Shown piece after piece: positions 60,293-64,000 of a stretch of 64,000 nt of DNA. The first letter of the stretch is position 1. Each line of letters opens with the position of its first letter. The stretch is from NCBI GenBank assembly GCA_963833985.1, contig CAWIAD010000002.1, forward strand, positions 2,624,001 through 2,688,000, in the 5' to 3' direction. The position numbers and the translations under genes are program-made. The DNA is from an uncultured Planctomycetaceae bacterium (GTDB taxonomy: Bacteria > Planctomycetota > Planctomycetia > Isosphaerales > Isosphaeraceae). The notes below the pieces were generated by a model, which saw only the letters and a program-made list of their open reading frames with translations, was not told the DNA's origin and searched no databases.

Positions 60293-61129
60293 TCAAGATT
60301 CCCTGCGAAACCTGGGCCAGACGCGGTGGCCGCCCGCGGCGACCGGCTCTCGCGCGGTGTCACGGAACGATGCCGCGGCGTGATGCAGCCCACCTTTTCC
60401 CTGGGCAGGGCGTTCTGATTCGCTGGACGAATCCTCGGCGTGGGCGCCGTGCGCGCCGGGCCACCACCACCGGGTGGTCAGGCAGATCGCGAGAATGCCG
60501 ATGCGCAGGGTCCACGCTGCCCAGTGCGGGAAGGCCAGTTCCACCCCCTGGGCCATCCGGGTGCGGTAGAAGACCTCGCAGTCCTGGAGCATCAGGTCGG
60601 CCGCGGTGAGTGCGAGCACGGCAGTACCCACGTAGGCAATCCAGCGATAGCGGCTCATGATCTCCACGATCACAGCGCTCAGGAGCAGCAGCATGGAGAT
60701 AGACAGAAAGAGGCCAAGGATGATGCGGATCGGGTCGGACTGGCTGGCACCGGCGATCGCCACCACGTTGTCCAGGCTCATGATAAAATCGGCCATCGCA
60801 ATGCGCGTGATGGCCTTCATGAGTGAGCCCGGCGGCGGTTTGGTCTCGTCGCCGGCATCGTCGTGCTCGAGGATCAAGCGGCAGGCGATCCAGACCAGCA
60901 TCAGTGCCCCGGCGAACCGCAAACCGGGAAACAGCAAGAGCTGAGCCACGAGCAGCGTGAGGATCACGCGCATCACGATCGCCATGCCGCAGCCCCAGAG
61001 CATGGCCTGACGGCGCTGGGGCGGGGGCAAGAGGTGAGCCGCGAGCCCGATGACGACGGCATTGTCGCCCGAGAGGACAAGGTCGAAGAGAATAATCTTG
61101 AAGATTGAGCCCAGGTAATCCAGCGTCAT
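60293..61129 (-). CDS. TerC/YjbE-family membrane protein
   Basis: 'DLVLSGDNAVVI', 'ADFIMSLDNVVAIAG'. Confidence 0.9.
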   Translation of the reverse strand: MTLDYLGSIFKIILFDLVLSGDNAVVIGLAAHLLPPPQRRQAMLWGCGMAIVMRVILTLLVAQLLLFPGLRFAGALMLVWIACRLILEHDDAGDETKPPPGSLMKAITRIAMADFIMSLDNVVAIAGASQSDPIRIILGLFLSISMLLLLSAVIVEIMSRYRWIAYVGTAVLALTAADLMLQDCEVFYRTRMAQGVELAFPHWAAWTLRIGILAICLTTRWWWPGAHGAHAEDSSSESERPAQGKGGLHHAAASFRDTAREPVAAGGHRVWPRFRRES

Positions 61130-61575
61130 GGGCAAGACCTGCGTTCCAGCAAGGGGCGGTCGGTCATGGGTCCACCTCGACCCGGACGAGCGATCGCCGA
61201 GCCGCCTCGTCCTCTTCGGCTGCTGCTGGCTTCATCGGGTCATGGAAGCGGATGGCTCGTGAACAACGGGCACTTATGCCTGCCGGCATGCACCAAGCCA
61301 GGGCAACCGCCCCTGCCGGCACCTTTTCAGGCCGGCTTTGCCTGGTCGAGTCACGGCAGCCCGTTGCAGCAGCCTCCGCTTTCATTGTGGCGGTGCAGGA
61401 AACACGGATGCAACTGGCGAGTCCATTGCCCGGAGCTTGATCTCGTGCGTGAGGCCCTCAGTCTACAGAATGGAAACCCGAATTCAAACCGCAAGTTGGC
61501 CGCTTGCAACATTCGTGGATTTTGAGGATGTGGCGGGGCCGTCTACCGCCGGGAACCGTCCGTGTGCCGCCAGTC

Positions 61576-62919
61576 TCATTCACTTGCGGATTCCGGATCG
61601 CCGGCCGGGACCCTGTCGACCTGGCTGCGGAAACCACGCGTTTTCCAGGCTCCGTAGGCCAGGCCGGCGGCCAGCCAGGCCAGCCCCGCCCCCTTGGCCA
61701 CGGGCTGGAGGCTCCACCAGAGGTACAGGCAGACGACAAAGCCTGCCAGCGGCGCTGCCAGGTTCACGGTCTTCCTGCGCTCGGCGCGCACGTAGTACCG
61801 CACCAGGGCCGCGAGGTTCACTCCCATGAAGCCGATGAAGGCCCCGAAGTTGAGCAGCTCCGCGCCGAGCTGGTAGCTCAGCGTGAGTGCGCCGAGGAGT
61901 GCAAGCGCCCCCACCAGCAAGATGTTGTTGCGCGGGACGCGGGTGTGCGGATCGACGGCACCGAAGAAGCGGGCGGGGATGGCGTGGTCCCGGCCCATGC
62001 CGTAGAGCAGCCGGCCCGCGGCCAGGTGCGATCCCGCGCCGGAGCCGATGGTGGCCAGCAGCAGGGCCAGGTTCACCGTGAGGAAGAGCGCAGGCCCTCC
62101 CGCCTGGCCGGCGATGAACACGAACGCGGTGTCCACGTCCGGGAAGCCCTCATGCCGCGGCCAGATGAGCTGCGCGGCGTAGACCTGGGACGCGGCCAGG
62201 ACACCGGTCACCAGGCATACCAGCACGGTCGCCAGCAGGATATTCCGCCTCGGGTCGTGAGCCTCTTCCGAAAGCGTCGAGATACCGTCAAAGCCAATGT
62301 AGGTGAGCATCGCGATCGAGGTCCCCGTGGAGATGGCTTTCCACGAGAAGGTCGACGGGTCGTAGAACGGCCGCAGGAAGTAAGCCGCGTCGTGATCGGG
62401 CATTCTCAGGACGAACCGCGCCGCGGCTGCGAAGAACAGGACGATGACCACGCCCAGGCCGGCCGTGATCACCTCGTTGGTGCGCGCACTGGCCTCGATG
62501 CCGCGCAGGTTCAGCAGCGTGAACAGTCCGGAGAAGCCCACTGCCCAGAGGACGAACGGCACCTCGGGCGCCAGGTTCAGCGCCGCCTTGCTGCACCAGA
62601 TCACGCAGATGATCGGGTTCAAAACATAATCAAAAATCATCGACCAGCCGGTGAGGTAGCCCAGCGCCGGGTGCAGCTCGCGGCCGACGTATGTATAGGC
62701 CGAGCCCGCGCTGGGGTAGGCGCGGGCCATGCGCCCGTAACTGATCGCCGTCAGCAGCATGGCCACCATGCCGATGAGGATGGTGGTCACGACATGCCCT
62801 CGGGCCTCCTGGCAGACCACTCCGTAGAGCGGCATGGGGGCCGTCGGCTGGATGAGGACGATCCCGTAGATCACCAGTTGCCTGAGGCCGAGTGCGCGTT
62901 TCAACCCGGCTTCTGGCAC
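61576..62919 (-). CDS. APC-family amino acid/polyamine permease
   Basis: 'SYGRMARAYPSAGSAYTY', 'GWSMIFDY', 'YIGFDGISTLSEE'. Confidence 0.92.
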   Translation of the reverse strand: MPEAGLKRALGLRQLVIYGIVLIQPTAPMPLYGVVCQEARGHVVTTILIGMVAMLLTAISYGRMARAYPSAGSAYTYVGRELHPALGYLTGWSMIFDYVLNPIICVIWCSKAALNLAPEVPFVLWAVGFSGLFTLLNLRGIEASARTNEVITAGLGVVIVLFFAAAARFVLRMPDHDAAYFLRPFYDPSTFSWKAISTGTSIAMLTYIGFDGISTLSEEAHDPRRNILLATVLVCLVTGVLAASQVYAAQLIWPRHEGFPDVDTAFVFIAGQAGGPALFLTVNLALLLATIGSGAGSHLAAGRLLYGMGRDHAIPARFFGAVDPHTRVPRNNILLVGALALLGALTLSYQLGAELLNFGAFIGFMGVNLAALVRYYVRAERRKTVNLAAPLAGFVVCLYLWWSLQPVAKGAGLAWLAAGLAYGAWKTRGFRSQVDRVPAGDPESASE

Positions 62920-62974
62920 GCTCGCGTCTCCCTGATGAACACCGAATGCCGGCTCACACCGCCGCGCCGTGCGG

Positions 62975-64000
62975 TCACCGCACCTCGAACCGGTCGGTCA
63001 CCCGGATGTCCTGGGACGATGAGCCCACCAGCACCCGGAACTCGCCCGGCTCGACCACGCGTTTCAGGTTCCTGTCGTACAGTGCCAGATCGTCGGGCGT
63101 CAACCGTAGGGTACAGCGCCTGGACTGTCCCGGATCCAGGAACACGCGCGTAAAGCCGCGCAGTTGCTGCACTGGCGTGGCCACGCTGCCCAGGACGTCC
63201 TCAACGTAAAGCTGCACGGTCTCCGTGCCCGGGTGCCTGCCGGTGTTCGACACCTCGACCTGAAGTTCAATCCCCTCGGACGGCGTGATCGAGTGCGCGC
63301 TGAGGTGCAGCCCGCGATACGCGAACGAGGTGTAGCTGAGGCCGTGGCCGAAGGGGTACAGGGGCGACGGTTCCAGGTCGACATAGGCATGCCCCCAGCC
63401 TCTTTCCACCCACATCCGCTTCGATTTCTTGAAGTTGTAATACACCGGCAACTGGCCCGCATGGCGCGGAACCGTCACGGGGAGCCTGCCGCTGGGATTC
63501 ACCGCGCCGAAGAGGACCTCGGCCACGGCCCGGCCCCCCTGCTCGCCCGGGAGCCAGGCCTCGACCAGGGCGGGCACGTGCTCCGCGATCCAGCGCACGG
63601 CCAGGGCACGGCCGTTGACCAGCACCACGACCGTCGGCTTGCCCGTGGACTGGACGGCCTCGACCAGTTCTTCCTGCCTGCCCGTCAATTCCAGCGTGGC
63701 GGCGTCGTGGCCCTCACCATCGGTGGGCCCGCTCCCCTGGGAATCGTGCTGGTTCTCGCCAACCACGACGATGGCCACATCCGCTCCGGCCGCCGCTTCC
63801 CGGGCCCTGGCAATCTCATCAACGCCGCGTCCCGTCACGTCGCATCCCCGCACGTAGGTCACCTTCGTGCCCGGCGAAACCATCTCCTTGATGCCCTCGA
63901 GGACCGTGACCACGTGCTGCGGGATGACCGTCGGCGCGTAATCGCCCAGCAGGTTCCGCGCGTCATCCGCGTTCGGGCCGATCACGGCGATGGAACCGAG
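62975..64000 (-). CDS. GH3 beta-glucosidase/xylosidase, C-terminal part (truncated by window edge)
   Basis: 'IGPNAD', 'AWLPGEQGG', 'NPSGRLP', 'PFGHGLSYT', 'ETVQLY'. Confidence 0.93.
   Translation of the reverse strand, partial: LGSIAVIGPNADDARNLLGDYAPTVIPQHVVTVLEGIKEMVSPGTKVTYVRGCDVTGRGVDEIARAREAAAGADVAIVVVGENQHDSQGSGPTDGEGHDAATLELTGRQEELVEAVQSTGKPTVVVLVNGRALAVRWIAEHVPALVEAWLPGEQGGRAVAEVLFGAVNPSGRLPVTVPRHAGQLPVYYNFKKSKRMWVERGWGHAYVDLEPSPLYPFGHGLSYTSFAYRGLHLSAHSITPSEGIELQVEVSNTGRHPGTETVQLYVEDVLGSVATPVQQLRGFTRVFLDPGQSRRCTLRLTPDDLALYDRNLKRVVEPGEFRVLVGSSSQDIRVTDRFEVR

Overview
High-GC Planctomycetota DNA, most likely Isosphaeraceae-like. This is inferred from a DUF1592/DUF1552 pair, three proteins with the planctomycete 'LE.R.LLS' N-terminal motif, a giant membrane-anchored ECF sigma factor and a PEP-CTERM protein. 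Most of the window is housekeeping or envelope genes (lptD-like, dgkA, cinA, truD, RluA family, rsmE, guaC, Gfo/Idh/MocA oxidoreductases, Hsp70, M28 and S53 peptidases, TerC, APC permease, GH3). About a dozen genes carry single-base frameshifts, probably uncorrected sequencing errors. Three complete insertion sequences have readable ends and target duplications: ISAs1 (8674-9937), IS4/IS50-like (15901-17483, inserted into a REP-like palindrome) and ISKra4-like (55871-57610). The most unusual region is a lower-GC islet at about 5.1-10.2 kb. It holds three toxin/defence-like modules: RusA-like nuclease plus REase-HEPN, an orphan 261-aa gene, and a BrnT-like/HTH pair. Each module is followed by a copy of one inverted-repeat element (AAGGGGCCAYCCACAKTT...GGGAATGTGGATG), with short tandem 'stutters' at some termini. 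The arrangement looks like a cassette array, yet it has no integron features and no cognate recombinase in the window. All protein family calls come from motif recognition, not database searches.
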